Source: Chloroflexota bacterium
Lineage (GTDB): Bacteria; Chloroflexota; Anaerolineae; B4-G1
Length of the DNA: 64,000 nucleotides
Direction: 5' to 3'
Assembly (NCBI GenBank): GCA_012514315.1
Contig: JAAZAN010000156.1
Location: 5,311 to 69,310 of the forward strand
The translations under genes and the position numbers were made by a program. The notes beneath the pieces were generated by a model that was not told where the DNA came from, made no database searches, and saw nothing but the letters and a program-made list of their open reading frames with translations. Positions 19,542 to 29,454 of this stretch are shown piece by piece; the first letter of the stretch is position 1, and the number at the start of each line of letters is the position of its first letter.

Positions 19542-19567
19542 AATCTATCTTCCTGCATAATGACAGA

Positions 19568-20362
19568 TCACCATTCGTTCGTGACGGAATAGTAGGGCGC
19601 GGAAGGGAAGCGCACATCTATGAAACGCGGACTGATCCCCCGCGCTTCCAGATCGGCAATCAGGTTCTGCGCCAAGCGCGCTCGCTGTTCCATACCGACC
19701 CCCTGGCCCAAGATGACACGCCATCCATGGGGATCAGTATACATCAATCCGCGATTCTGCACATAGTCAAGAACCTGTGGCAATGGGAGGCCAGAAGCCC
19801 ACAGCTCATTGAGCGCATTACGCACTGGTTCGTCCAGATTACCGGACCCATCCTTGGGCAATGAACCTCGAACCGTCCAGCCGCCAGCAAGCCCTTCAGA
19901 TGCTGGAAATATCACGCCCTGGTCATCGACCCACCATGACATCGACCCGTCAGTCCACAGCACCCTGGGTTGACGTTCGACGACACGAATCGTGCACCGC
20001 GCGGGCAACATGCAACTGACCCGTGCGCTTTCGATGTTTGGTAGCGTCTCTAGAATCGCTGCCTCCACCTCACTCACATTGACCCATAGGATATGCAGAC
20101 CCGGCATCCCACTGACGTCGAAAACCTCGTCCTCCGACGTACGTACCGTACCGATGATCTCCGCATCATACACGTAGAAAGCATCATCCAACGAAACCCA
20201 CAACATCAACAGTCCGAACATGGCCCCGGCCACAGCGAAATATGTGAACGGGCGCAGATACCAGGGCCTCGGCATCCCAGTCGTCTGTCTCGCCCGCACA
20301 CGGTGCATTGTCATTGGGGTTGACGCCTCATATCGCGATTTGCGTGACTTCGTCATCCTCAA
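19568..20362 (-). CDS. ftsQ: Cell division protein FtsQ/DivIB (POTRA domain)
   Basis: A basic N-terminus is followed by a single TM (FTYFAVAGAMFGLLMLWV) and a POTRA-like region. Its start overlaps ddl by 4 nt. Confidence 0.8.
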   Translation of the reverse strand: MRMTKSRKSRYEASTPMTMHRVRARQTTGMPRPWYLRPFTYFAVAGAMFGLLMLWVSLDDAFYVYDAEIIGTVRTSEDEVFDVSGMPGLHILWVNVSEVEAAILETLPNIESARVSCMLPARCTIRVVERQPRVLWTDGSMSWWVDDQGVIFPASEGLAGGWTVRGSLPKDGSGNLDEPVRNALNELWASGLPLPQVLDYVQNRGLMYTDPHGWRVILGQGVGMEQRARLAQNLIADLEARGISPRFIDVRFPSAPYYSVTNEW

Positions 20363-21492
20363 TCGCTCCTCACCGCATAGGATGTCTCCGACCGCTGTCT
20401 GTCACTGTGCCGTTCGAATGCCAGACCGACGAGTTGGTCAATCAAGTGCGGATAGTCGATGCCGCTAGCCGCCCACAGCTTGGAGTACATACTGATCTCA
20501 GTGAAACCTGGAATGGTGTTCATCTCGTTGATGTAGAGTGTCTCAGACATCCCAGACAGCAGGAAATCCACGCGTGCCATTCCACAACAGTCGACCGCCA
20601 GATACGCCTCGATCGCGAGTCGGCGTATTCTCTCGGTCAGATCCGCTGGCAGAGGAGCTGGGATGAGCAGCCTGGACCCGTGCTCCCCCGTGTCAATGTA
20701 CTTCGCCTCATAGCTGTAGAAGTCTCGACTGGGTACGATCTCACCGGGGACAGAGGCCATTGGCTGATCATTTCCCAGCACGCTGACCTCAATCTCACGT
20801 GCAGCAGGCACTGACTTCTCGATCACAAGCTTCCGGTCATAGCGAGCTGCCTGGGCCAGTCCCTCAAGCAACTGAGATCGATTCTCGCACCGACTCACTC
20901 CAACGCTCGATCCCATATTGGCAGGTTTTACGAAGACCGGGTAGCCCAATTCAACCTCAGTCTTCTCCATAAGGCTCTCCGGATGGGCATCCCATTCCAT
21001 CCGCTTGAAGACCAGATACTCCACACTGGGCAACCCGTGGGCTTTCATAACATCCCTGAACACTGCCTTGTCCATCGCAACTGCAGAGGACAACACATCG
21101 GCGCCTACATATGGGATATTGGCCAACTCGAGCAGCCCCTGAACAGTACCATCCTCCCCGTACGTCCCATGCAGTACTGGAAACACGACATCGAGATCCG
21201 AAAGGCGCTCGCCTACTAGCTGCCCATCGCAATCTGTCAACTGCACCAACCCGCACCCGGATCGATCGCCTAGCAGAGCGACCGGCGGTACAATAGCTCC
21301 GTCCCCGGACGTGAGGAGGCCCATCGGGTCACCATCTGCGATCCAGCGACCATCCCGGGTAATCCCTATCGGCACAACCTCATACTTCGCACGGTCAATT
21401 GCCTCGATCACAGACCTCGCTGAGGCAAGCGAGACCTCGTGTTCACCAGAGCGTCCACCGAACACTATCCCGATCCGAATCTTCTGACTCAC
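20359..21492 (-). CDS. ddl: D-alanine--D-alanine ligase
   Basis: IRIGIVFGGRSGEHEVSLASA, VFPVLHGTYGEDGTVQGLLE, and an ATP-grasp core YPVFVKPANMGSSVGVS..EMNTIPGFT. Confidence 0.93.
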   Translation of the reverse strand: MSQKIRIGIVFGGRSGEHEVSLASARSVIEAIDRAKYEVVPIGITRDGRWIADGDPMGLLTSGDGAIVPPVALLGDRSGCGLVQLTDCDGQLVGERLSDLDVVFPVLHGTYGEDGTVQGLLELANIPYVGADVLSSAVAMDKAVFRDVMKAHGLPSVEYLVFKRMEWDAHPESLMEKTEVELGYPVFVKPANMGSSVGVSRCENRSQLLEGLAQAARYDRKLVIEKSVPAAREIEVSVLGNDQPMASVPGEIVPSRDFYSYEAKYIDTGEHGSRLLIPAPLPADLTERIRRLAIEAYLAVDCCGMARVDFLLSGMSETLYINEMNTIPGFTEISMYSKLWAASGIDYPHLIDQLVGLAFERHSDRQRSETSYAVRSD

Positions 21493-22457
21493 TACCCTGT
21501 CACCTCAACATCGGTGAGAACAGCCGGAGACACACCCACACACTCTCCCAGCACCTCAATCTCGAGCTCCAGATCAACACCAAACCGGTGATGAACCGTC
21601 TCGCGGGCGAACGCAATCAGCGACAGCACGTCGACAGCCGTCGCGCCACCTGTATTCATGATGAAATTGCCGTGCAGATGCGATATCTCCGCGCCACCGA
21701 TCCGATACCCTCGCAGGCCAGCCTGCTCGATCAGGTACCCCGCATGGCTGCCTGGCGGATTCTTGAAGGTTGACCCCATCGTCGCGCCTGCAGGATGTCG
21801 TGTCTGACGCCAGTCCTGAATCTCAGCGGCCCGCGTCGTCAGCTCCTGGGAATCGCCCGGCTCAAGATCAAATCTACCGGATAGCACAACGTGTCCCTCG
21901 GCAGTCGCACCTCGCTTCAGCCGACTGCTCCGGTACCCAAACTCAAACCAGTCAGCCGGGCACTCCACGACCACACCGTCAGATCTCAGCACCATCGCAC
22001 TTGTCAGTGCGCCGGCAATGTCTCCCTCAAAAGCACCCGCGTTTCCCACGATAGCGCCCCCAACGCTGCCTGGCAGCCCGGTCGCCCACGTCATCCCGGC
22101 CAATCCCTGCCCAACCGCTTCACGCGCCAACGCCATCAGCGGTCCGCCAGCCTCTGCTCTGATCGAATAGCCCTCGACTTCCACCGCTGCAGCTTTGTTC
22201 ACCAGCACAAGTCCTCGCAGTCCACTGTCGGACACAAGAACATTGCATCCCCCACCCAGAACACGCCAGGGCACACCGTACTCACGAGCCAGATTGACGG
22301 CCGAGATCAGATCGTCGACCGCCTCGCATACCACCAGCATGTCCGCGGGACCCCCCACGCGCATCGCCGTGTGCCGAGACATCGGCTCGTTGAGCCGAAC
22401 GCTCGCTCCAAGTTCTGCAGCAAGAGAAGATAGGCCTACCCTATCGAGGTCATTCAT
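21492..22457 (-). CDS. murB: UDP-N-acetylenolpyruvoylglucosamine reductase
   Basis: FAD-binding region MRVGGPADMLV..LGGGCNVLVSD, and the C-terminal MurB motif GSTFKNP..AGYLIEQAGLRG. Confidence 0.92.
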   Translation of the reverse strand: MNDLDRVGLSSLAAELGASVRLNEPMSRHTAMRVGGPADMLVVCEAVDDLISAVNLAREYGVPWRVLGGGCNVLVSDSGLRGLVLVNKAAAVEVEGYSIRAEAGGPLMALAREAVGQGLAGMTWATGLPGSVGGAIVGNAGAFEGDIAGALTSAMVLRSDGVVVECPADWFEFGYRSSRLKRGATAEGHVVLSGRFDLEPGDSQELTTRAAEIQDWRQTRHPAGATMGSTFKNPPGSHAGYLIEQAGLRGYRIGGAEISHLHGNFIMNTGGATAVDVLSLIAFARETVHHRFGVDLELEIEVLGECVGVSPAVLTDVEVTG

Positions 22458-22591
22458 TCCGATTCGTCAATCCTGATGAGACTTGAACCATGCTACCACG
22501 GTATCCTCTGTTGACAACTGCCGACGAATACGCAAACCACACCCGCTACACAGAACCGGCGATCATGACAATGGATGTCTGTGCCCGTTCC

Positions 22592-23989
22592 CTACGCTGG
22601 CACAAGCTCGAGCGAGCCTTCCTCAAGAGCAACCAGCAACCACTCCCCCACAAGGTAACCATCGCCTGCACTCAGTGTGATGACCACGTCCCCTGATCGC
22701 AGCTCCGTGCCCAGATGAATCACCGCCTCCTCAAGTGACCTAGCGATGCTCACATCGCGATGAACCATCGATCGGACAATGTCCTCACTGCTCACGTCCA
22801 GTGTGTCCGACTCGCGCGCTGCGTAAACCGGCAACACAACGACATGATCGGCAAGTTCAAAGGCCCTCAGGAACTCGGTCATCAACGTTCTCGTTCGGCT
22901 GAATGTATGCGGCTGCCAGACTGCCCACAGTGATCGCCCTGGATAACGCAGGCGAGCTGCATCGAGCGTAGCGCGAATCGCGGTAGGATGATGGGCGTAG
23001 TCATCAATCACGGTGATTTCATCGACCTCGCCCTTGACCTCGAATCGCCTCCCTACTCCGCGAAAGTCCTTTAGCGCGCATCTCACATGTCGGAAAGGAA
23101 CCTCCATCAGAGCAGCCACCGTGATAGCTGCCATGGCATTCGACACATTGTGCAATCCTGGTACGCGTAGCCGGACAAGTCCAAGAACCTCATTATCATG
23201 TGTCGCCAGGAAATCCATCCCGCCAGCGAAGTTTGGTCTGATCTCCTCAGCACGCCACTCCGCTGACTGTCCCAACCCGTAGAACGCGACCCGGCCACCA
23301 TGGGTGCGGAACTGCCATCCAATCTCCTGAGCTGTGGGGTCATCAGCGCACGCCATCAGCACTCCATCCTGTGCAGTCTTCCCCGCGAATTGCTCGAACG
23401 CAGCGCGCATATCCGCAAACGTGGGATAGCAATCTGGATGATCGTGCTCCACATTGAGGATCACTCCGATCTTCGGAGACAAGCTCAGAAACGTCCGGTC
23501 GTACTCGTCAGCCTCTATGACAAAGGCTGTTCCTGTACCCGCATGGGCATTCGTCTGGACAGATGTGATCACACCACCAACCACAAAGGATGGGTCAATC
23601 CCCGCGTGAAGGAAGATCTCAGCCACCATAGCAGTCGTTGTCGTCTTGCCGTGCGTACCGGCCACTGCTACAACATCGTGGTCGGTGGTCAGCCACTCGA
23701 GAAACCGCGATCGACTCCACACCGGCAGCCCAGCGGTCGTGGCGGCTTGCACCTCGACATTGGACCGAGGCACAGCGGATGAGACGACGACAAGATCGGC
23801 GCCTTGGATATGATCGACACCGTGCCCCTCGAAAACGCAGATGCCTTCGCCTCTCAACGCTTGCGCCACCGGTGACAGAGCGAGATCGGAACCCGAGACT
23901 ATCGCGCCTCTTTCACGCATCACACGTGCTAGCGCGGACATCCCGGATCCGCCAATTCCTATGAAATGCACATGCCTGTGAGCAGCCAC
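22592..23989 (-). CDS. murC: UDP-N-acetylmuramate--L-alanine ligase
   Basis: HFIGIGGSGMSALARVM, the P-loop AVAGTHGKTTTTAM, and DDYAHHPTAI. Confidence 0.93.
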   Translation of the reverse strand: MAAHRHVHFIGIGGSGMSALARVMRERGAIVSGSDLALSPVAQALRGEGICVFEGHGVDHIQGADLVVVSSAVPRSNVEVQAATTAGLPVWSRSRFLEWLTTDHDVVAVAGTHGKTTTTAMVAEIFLHAGIDPSFVVGGVITSVQTNAHAGTGTAFVIEADEYDRTFLSLSPKIGVILNVEHDHPDCYPTFADMRAAFEQFAGKTAQDGVLMACADDPTAQEIGWQFRTHGGRVAFYGLGQSAEWRAEEIRPNFAGGMDFLATHDNEVLGLVRLRVPGLHNVSNAMAAITVAALMEVPFRHVRCALKDFRGVGRRFEVKGEVDEITVIDDYAHHPTAIRATLDAARLRYPGRSLWAVWQPHTFSRTRTLMTEFLRAFELADHVVVLPVYAARESDTLDVSSEDIVRSMVHRDVSIARSLEEAVIHLGTELRSGDVVITLSAGDGYLVGEWLLVALEEGSLELVPA

Positions 23990-24026
23990 GTTCGAGCTCC
24001 CCGGCGGGGCCAGTCTGCGACCCCGG

Positions 24027-24671
24027 TCATATGAACACGACGATCACGAATATAAACGCCGCCGCTACTGCAACGTAGAGCACAGCGTCTGACTTCTCGA
24101 TGATGTCAGGCGGCAAGTAGCCGATCAGGTTATCGGTCGGCGAACCAGGCTTGGGTGGCACCATGCCTCCGATACCCGATACATCCGGAGGGTACACTGT
24201 GACCGTTACCGGCTGCCCGGAACTGTCCACAATCGGATTACCAGCCTGATCCACACGCTGTTGTTGCAGCCAGTGCTCTCTCGGGATACCGTAGCCCGCC
24301 AGGTTGAGGAACGACAGCAACGTCCCGATTACTAGATACCCGTTGATCGCTCCGATGAAGAATCCCAATAGGAGGTCCTGCAACCGCTCGCGCGCAACCT
24401 TGGCCCCCAGCCGCGAAGCGATAGTCGGGCTGGCATAGCCAAAGACCGCGATGATCAGGAAGATGGACGCGCGTGTGTAGAACTGGCTCTTGGGCTGCAT
24501 GTTCTGGAAGAGTGCGGCGACAGGAGGCAGGAAGGACAACAGCACATGTTCCACGAACAAAGCCAGAACAACGCTGAAAATGACGATGAGCTCCTTCGCC
24601 CATCCGCGCAGACTGCCAACCACTGCGAACAGGGCAACTAACACGCCGAAGACTGTATGTATGGGCATCAT
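24027..24671 (-). CDS. CvpA-like polytopic membrane protein embedded in the dcw operon
   Basis: Its start ATGATG overlaps the murG TGA. The N-terminus GVLVALFAVVGSLRGWAKELIVIFSVVLALFV resembles the CvpA/colicin-V-production family. It has 4-5 TM helices and a Pro/Gly-rich loop. Confidence 0.5.
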   Translation of the reverse strand: MMPIHTVFGVLVALFAVVGSLRGWAKELIVIFSVVLALFVEHVLLSFLPPVAALFQNMQPKSQFYTRASIFLIIAVFGYASPTIASRLGAKVARERLQDLLLGFFIGAINGYLVIGTLLSFLNLAGYGIPREHWLQQQRVDQAGNPIVDSSGQPVTVTVYPPDVSGIGGMVPPKPGSPTDNLIGYLPPDIIEKSDAVLYVAVAAAFIFVIVVFI

Positions 24672-25837
24672 TGCGCCAACGCCCTCCCTTCTGCTTGCCG
24701 ATACGCGAGTCCAATCAGCTCCCGCGCCAGAGAGCTGGCCGCTTCCGGGCGTGCCAGCGCGCGCATCTGCCCAGACATCTCTGACAGCGCTCCCGGATCA
24801 GAGAACAGCCGCTCGAGCACGTGCACCAGGTCATCCATTAGACGATCCTCTGACATCATGCAGGCGGCTCCCCGCTCTGCGAGCCAACCAGCCGTCACCT
24901 GCTGATAGCGCCAGGCATGTGAATACGGTACCAGGATCGCCGGCAGTCCGAAATACGGCAGCTCGCCCAACGTGGATGCTCCAGAACGGCATAGAATCAG
25001 GTCGGCCGACGCCATCGCCAGGCCGATATCGTGCATGTATGGGAACGCATGATAGCGCGACTTCTGCTCGGTTACCAACGATTCGCGGAACTTGGCCACA
25101 TCCGGCCAGTCCAGTTCTCCGCTCACGTGCACCACCTGTGCCAGCTCCAGCACTCGATTCACATTGTTCAGCAATGCTTGGTTAAGCGGGCGCGCCCCCC
25201 GGCTGCCGCCCAATACGAGCAGCACCGGACTATCAGACTGCAGCCCCAGCGCCTTACGCGCACGCGCTCGGTGCACCTCCGCGAACTCCGCCCGCACCGG
25301 ATACCCGGTGACAACGACCTTTCGAGATGGGAAGTACTTGCACGATTCCTCGACTGTCACCGCAATCCTCTTCGCCAGCACAGCGATGAACCGGACGGCC
25401 CACCCCGGCTCAATATCGGGCAGATACAGCAGAATGGGCACGCGCCGCATCCAGCATCCAACCGCCACCGGCACACTGGCATATCCCCCAGTCACAAACA
25501 GCGCCGAAGGCCTCTCATTCCGCGCCAGACGGTACACCGCAACAGTTCCCCGCGCCAACCGGCCAATATTCCGGATAATCTGACGAAGCGACAACCCGTG
25601 GATGCCACCGCCAGGCACTCCAACAAAGGGCAGGCTGGCCCTCTGAGCCAACCCTTCCTCAATCCCGCCCTCACCACCTACATACAGGAGCTCGAGCCGC
25701 CCATTCTGAGTGGAATAGAGACTATCCGCGGCTAGCGCCTGTACGGTGGCCAGCCCCGGGTAGACGTGTCCCCCCGTCCCGCCGCCCGCGATCCAGACCC
25801 GCACGGTAGCGGGTGTTTTGTTCGCTCCGTTTAGCAA
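24668..25837 (-). CDS. murG: Lipid II-forming UDP-GlcNAc transferase MurG
   Basis: VWIAGGGTGGHVYPGLA, with a GT28 C-terminal domain. TTG 25837 has AGGAAG upstream, and an alternative GTG lies at 25804. Confidence 0.9.
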   Translation of the reverse strand: MLNGANKTPATVRVWIAGGGTGGHVYPGLATVQALAADSLYSTQNGRLELLYVGGEGGIEEGLAQRASLPFVGVPGGGIHGLSLRQIIRNIGRLARGTVAVYRLARNERPSALFVTGGYASVPVAVGCWMRRVPILLYLPDIEPGWAVRFIAVLAKRIAVTVEESCKYFPSRKVVVTGYPVRAEFAEVHRARARKALGLQSDSPVLLVLGGSRGARPLNQALLNNVNRVLELAQVVHVSGELDWPDVAKFRESLVTEQKSRYHAFPYMHDIGLAMASADLILCRSGASTLGELPYFGLPAILVPYSHAWRYQQVTAGWLAERGAACMMSEDRLMDDLVHVLERLFSDPGALSEMSGQMRALARPEAASSLARELIGLAYRQAEGRALAQ

Positions 25838-26984
25838 CGCGTCTTCCTCGCGATATACTCAAGAGTATGCCAACACCGACCAACGAGACGATCATCGATG
25901 ACCCACCAAAACTCACAAACGGCAACGCCACGCCAGTGAACGGAATCAACCCGATCACAACAGCCACGTTGGCCAGAGCCTGAAAGACAATCGTGCAGGT
26001 CAACCCACACGCCAAAATCGCCCCAAACGCATCAGGAGCCTCAGTCGCAATCCTGAAGCCACGGTATGTGAGCAACGCGAACAATCCGAGCACCAGTAGA
26101 CAGCCGAGCAGCCCGGCTTCTTCACCCACGACAGCGAAGATGCTGTCTGTATGAGCCGCCGGCAGATAGCCTAGCTTCTGGAGCCCGCGCCCAGGGCCGA
26201 CGCCAAGCAGGCCTCCGGTACCCAGTGCTATGAGCGACTGTCTGAGATGGTAACCGATCAGACTTGGATCGTGCCTGGTTCGCAGGTGCTCTGTGATGCG
26301 GTCTTTGGCGTAGCCAACGCGATTAACGAGGACAAAGAGCGTGAAAGCCGCGACGACCCCGCCGCCACTCAACCGAAACAAGTCGGCCCCGGCGAAGAAG
26401 AACATAGCTATTGCCGACAACACGATCAAGGCAGCCGCACTCATATCCGGCTGCAGAACAATGAGTCCAGCGACGACCCCCACGAGAATCGAGAATGGGA
26501 CAAGGCCATAGGTGAAATCGCGAATCTGATCCCCCTTGGAGGCAAGCCAGGTAGCGATGTAGACAACCACCGCCAGTTTGGCGAACTCACTCGGCTGTAT
26601 CGATCCTTCCGAGAATGACCGAATTGCCCCATACTTCTCCTGCCCCAACAGCAGAACAAGAATCAGTAGTAACAGAGCGATTCCCATCAGGGGGAGCGCC
26701 GCCTTCTGCCACAGATCGTACGGAATCACTGTGATCACAGCCAGGAATAAGATGCCAACCAGCGTCCACCTGACGTGAAGCCAAAAGACATAGGCTGAAC
26801 TTCCGTAGTCCTGATACGACCAGTCAAACGTCGCACTATACACAGCCATGAGACCGATCACGACCAGGCCCGCCGTCGCGATGGCGAGGATGTAGTCCGG
26901 AGATGAGCCCCGACCAACAAACGACATCAGACGGCCGATCACGCCCGACTTTGACTGACGGCGCGCTCTAGGTCTCACGCTCAT
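25722..26984 (-). CDS. ftsW: SEDS-family peptidoglycan polymerase FtsW
   Basis: About 10 TM helices, with EFAKLAVVVY and HTDSIFAVVGEEAGLLG motifs. An Arg/Gly-rich tail of about 38 aa overlaps murG by 116 nt. Confidence 0.88.
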   Translation of the reverse strand: MSVRPRARRQSKSGVIGRLMSFVGRGSSPDYILAIATAGLVVIGLMAVYSATFDWSYQDYGSSAYVFWLHVRWTLVGILFLAVITVIPYDLWQKAALPLMGIALLLLILVLLLGQEKYGAIRSFSEGSIQPSEFAKLAVVVYIATWLASKGDQIRDFTYGLVPFSILVGVVAGLIVLQPDMSAAALIVLSAIAMFFFAGADLFRLSGGGVVAAFTLFVLVNRVGYAKDRITEHLRTRHDPSLIGYHLRQSLIALGTGGLLGVGPGRGLQKLGYLPAAHTDSIFAVVGEEAGLLGCLLVLGLFALLTYRGFRIATEAPDAFGAILACGLTCTIVFQALANVAVVIGLIPFTGVALPFVSFGGSSMIVSLVGVGILLSISRGRRVAKRSEQNTRYRAGLDRGRRDGGTRLPGAGHRTGASRG

Positions 26985-27029
26985 ACGACTCCCCCCCCTC
27001 CGCGCTGGTTCCCAGTGACAGTTGTCCTA

Positions 27030-28439
27030 TCACAGCGAACGTACCAACTCCTTGAATCGGTCGCCTCGCTGCGTGAAATCATCAAACGCATCGAAGCTTG
27101 TCCCACCAGGCGAGAGCAAGACAACCTCTCCTGGCCGAACCAATCTCGCGGCACCTTCGACAGCGTCCTCAAGCGTATCGACACAAGTCACTCCCTCAAG
27201 TCGCACTTGGGTCTCAGCACGTGCCTTGCCTATTCGCTGTCGAACCACCTCTGCAATCATAGGGCCCGCCTCACCAAACGTGAACAAGTGCCGAACTCTC
27301 GTCAACGCCTCTTCCGCGAACTCATCCCACGGCAGCTTCTTGTCCCGGCCGCCGGCCAGGAGGATGATGGGTTCATCGAAGGAGCGTATGGCCGCTAACG
27401 TTCGTTCGGGGGCTGTCGCGATCGAATCATCGTACCAGTCCGCCTCACGCACACGTCGCACCATTTCCAGCCGATACTCCACACCCGTGAACGATGTTGC
27501 CACAGCTCGCATCGGTTCCACACTCAGTCCCGCCGCTCCCGCCAGTGCACAGGCTGCGAGTATGTTGAGCCGATTGTGACGACCTCGCATGCGAACATCA
27601 GCGGTGTCACAGATCACTTGATCCTGACGCGCCATCCGAAGTGTCATGACCCCATTCGTCTTGAACGCGCCCTCGTCCACCTCGACGCCATCGCTGAAAC
27701 TGTACAGATGCGCCGCAGTATCCAGCGCCAATGACCGCGCGTTGGCGTCATCGTATCCCAGCACAGCAAAGTCATCGTGAGTCTGGTGTGCAACAATGTT
27801 CCGTTTGGCTAAGATATAGGCCTCCATCGTCTTGTGTCGATCCAGATGGTTGGGCGTGATATTCAGTATTCCCGCGATATGTGGGCTGATATCCATCAGC
27901 TCAAGCTGGAAGCTCGAGAGCTCCATCACAACGTAGTCGTCGGCCCGTATACCAGATAAGTCTGTGATGAGCGGATTGCCAATATTGCCTCCCACCCATC
28001 TACGCCTTCCAGCAGCACGACACATCTCACCAACCAACGACGTAGTGGTCGTCTTTCCCGCAGAACCGGTGATGCCGATCACCGGCGCAGGACAGCATTC
28101 TAGGAAAATGAGCGCATCATTACTCAACGGTATCCCCTTCCGTACAGCCTCCACAACAATCGGGGCGTCCGTGGGCACACCGCCACTGAGACAGAGTAGG
28201 TCACTCCCCTTCAACAAGCTTGCCGGATGCCTGCCAAGCACGTACCGAATCGGAAGATCCGCCAACGCCTCCAAGACATTGGCGAGTTCACGTTTCTCAC
28301 GCAGGTCGGACACAGTGACGTCCGCACCTGCCTCTGCGAGGAAACGCGCCAGCGCCGCTCCTTGCCGCGCCAGCCCCAGCACCACCACACGTCGCCCCGC
28401 CCATTGCCCACACCGTCGTTGATCATCTGCCGTATCCAA
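27030..28439 (-). CDS. murD: UDP-N-acetylmuramoylalanine--D-glutamate ligase
   Basis: N-terminal Rossmann VVVLGLARQGAALARFL, the P-loop GITGSAGKTTTTSL, and LLAGGRDKKLPW. Confidence 0.9.
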   Translation of the reverse strand: MDTADDQRRCGQWAGRRVVVLGLARQGAALARFLAEAGADVTVSDLREKRELANVLEALADLPIRYVLGRHPASLLKGSDLLCLSGGVPTDAPIVVEAVRKGIPLSNDALIFLECCPAPVIGITGSAGKTTTTSLVGEMCRAAGRRRWVGGNIGNPLITDLSGIRADDYVVMELSSFQLELMDISPHIAGILNITPNHLDRHKTMEAYILAKRNIVAHQTHDDFAVLGYDDANARSLALDTAAHLYSFSDGVEVDEGAFKTNGVMTLRMARQDQVICDTADVRMRGRHNRLNILAACALAGAAGLSVEPMRAVATSFTGVEYRLEMVRRVREADWYDDSIATAPERTLAAIRSFDEPIILLAGGRDKKLPWDEFAEEALTRVRHLFTFGEAGPMIAEVVRQRIGKARAETQVRLEGVTCVDTLEDAVEGAARLVRPGEVVLLSPGGTSFDAFDDFTQRGDRFKELVRSL

Positions 28440-28449
28440 ACGTTACTCC

Positions 28450-29454
28450 TCACCACAAAGCCAGGGCGACTCCTGCCATAGCCGCCAGCATTTCAACGAG
28501 CCAGAACCTCTGCACAACCTGCGTCTCAGACCACCCCAAGAGCTCGAAGTGATGCTGCAAAGGCGCCATCTTAAACAGGCGCCGACCCTGACCATATCGT
28601 CTCTTAGTGAACTTGAAATAGAGCACCTGCAGAACTACAGAAAGACTCACAGCTGTCGGGATCAACGCCACCAAGGGAAGGATCAGCCACTGCCCCGTCA
28701 TCAGTGCCACCGTGCCCAGCGTCGCTCCTAGAGCCAGACTTCCCGTATCTCCCATAAACATCTGGGCCGGATGGGCATTGTACCACAGGAATGCGAAGCA
28801 AGCGCCGACTGTCGTCAGACAGAATCGGACCAAGTAGTCCTGTCCCTGTAACAGCGCGATGACCCCGTACGCCGTGAACGCGCTGGCAACGATAATGCCG
28901 GCTAATCCATCCAACCCATCGGTCAGGTTGACGGCGTTCGAGGACTCGACGATCAGAAAAGCCGCAATAGGAACCCATGCCCAGCCAATGTCAATCGGCT
29001 GGGGCACGCCGGGTATCGCCATCTCACCGACAAACTGCAGAGGAGCGACCTTCATGATCACTGCTACCACAAGAGCCACACCGAACTCCCACACGATCTT
29101 ATCCCGCGCGCGATAGCCCTCCCCACGACGCATGCCCCGCACGCCGGCCAGATCATCGACTGCGCCGATAATCGAGAAAGCGATCATCACGCCAAGAGGC
29201 ACTAGAATCGAACGCCCCAGCACGGTTGAATCCAGCAGATTGTACACATTCAGCGCAATCGTTATGAGTACGACAGGCACGACAATCATCAACCCACCCA
29301 TAGTCGGCGTGCCCATCTTCGTCTGATGGCTACGCGGTCCATCAATCCGGATCCGCTTGCCGATGCCGTAGTGCCGGAGAATTCGAATCAGCAACGGCCC
29401 CCATACGACGGCCAAAGCGAATGAGATGCTTGCCAAGATCAGTGCGAAGTCCAT
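28450..29454 (-). CDS. mraY: Phospho-N-acetylmuramoyl-pentapeptide transferase
   Basis: Multi-TM protein with KMGTPTMGG, NAVNLTDGLDGLA and MGDTGSLALG motifs. Confidence 0.94.
   Translation of the reverse strand: MDFALILASISFALAVVWGPLLIRILRHYGIGKRIRIDGPRSHQTKMGTPTMGGLMIVVPVVLITIALNVYNLLDSTVLGRSILVPLGVMIAFSIIGAVDDLAGVRGMRRGEGYRARDKIVWEFGVALVVAVIMKVAPLQFVGEMAIPGVPQPIDIGWAWVPIAAFLIVESSNAVNLTDGLDGLAGIIVASAFTAYGVIALLQGQDYLVRFCLTTVGACFAFLWYNAHPAQMFMGDTGSLALGATLGTVALMTGQWLILPLVALIPTAVSLSVVLQVLYFKFTKRRYGQGRRLFKMAPLQHHFELLGWSETQVVQRFWLVEMLAAMAGVALALW

Noticed and set aside
22458-22591. The 134-nt gap between murC and murB, with a TTGTCA-N16-TAGCAT promoter-like match and small plus-strand ORFs.
   Set aside because: The promoter match is weak, the ORFs are on the wrong strand and lack an RBS, and there is no convincing structure. 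It is probably just an internal spacer of the dcw operon.
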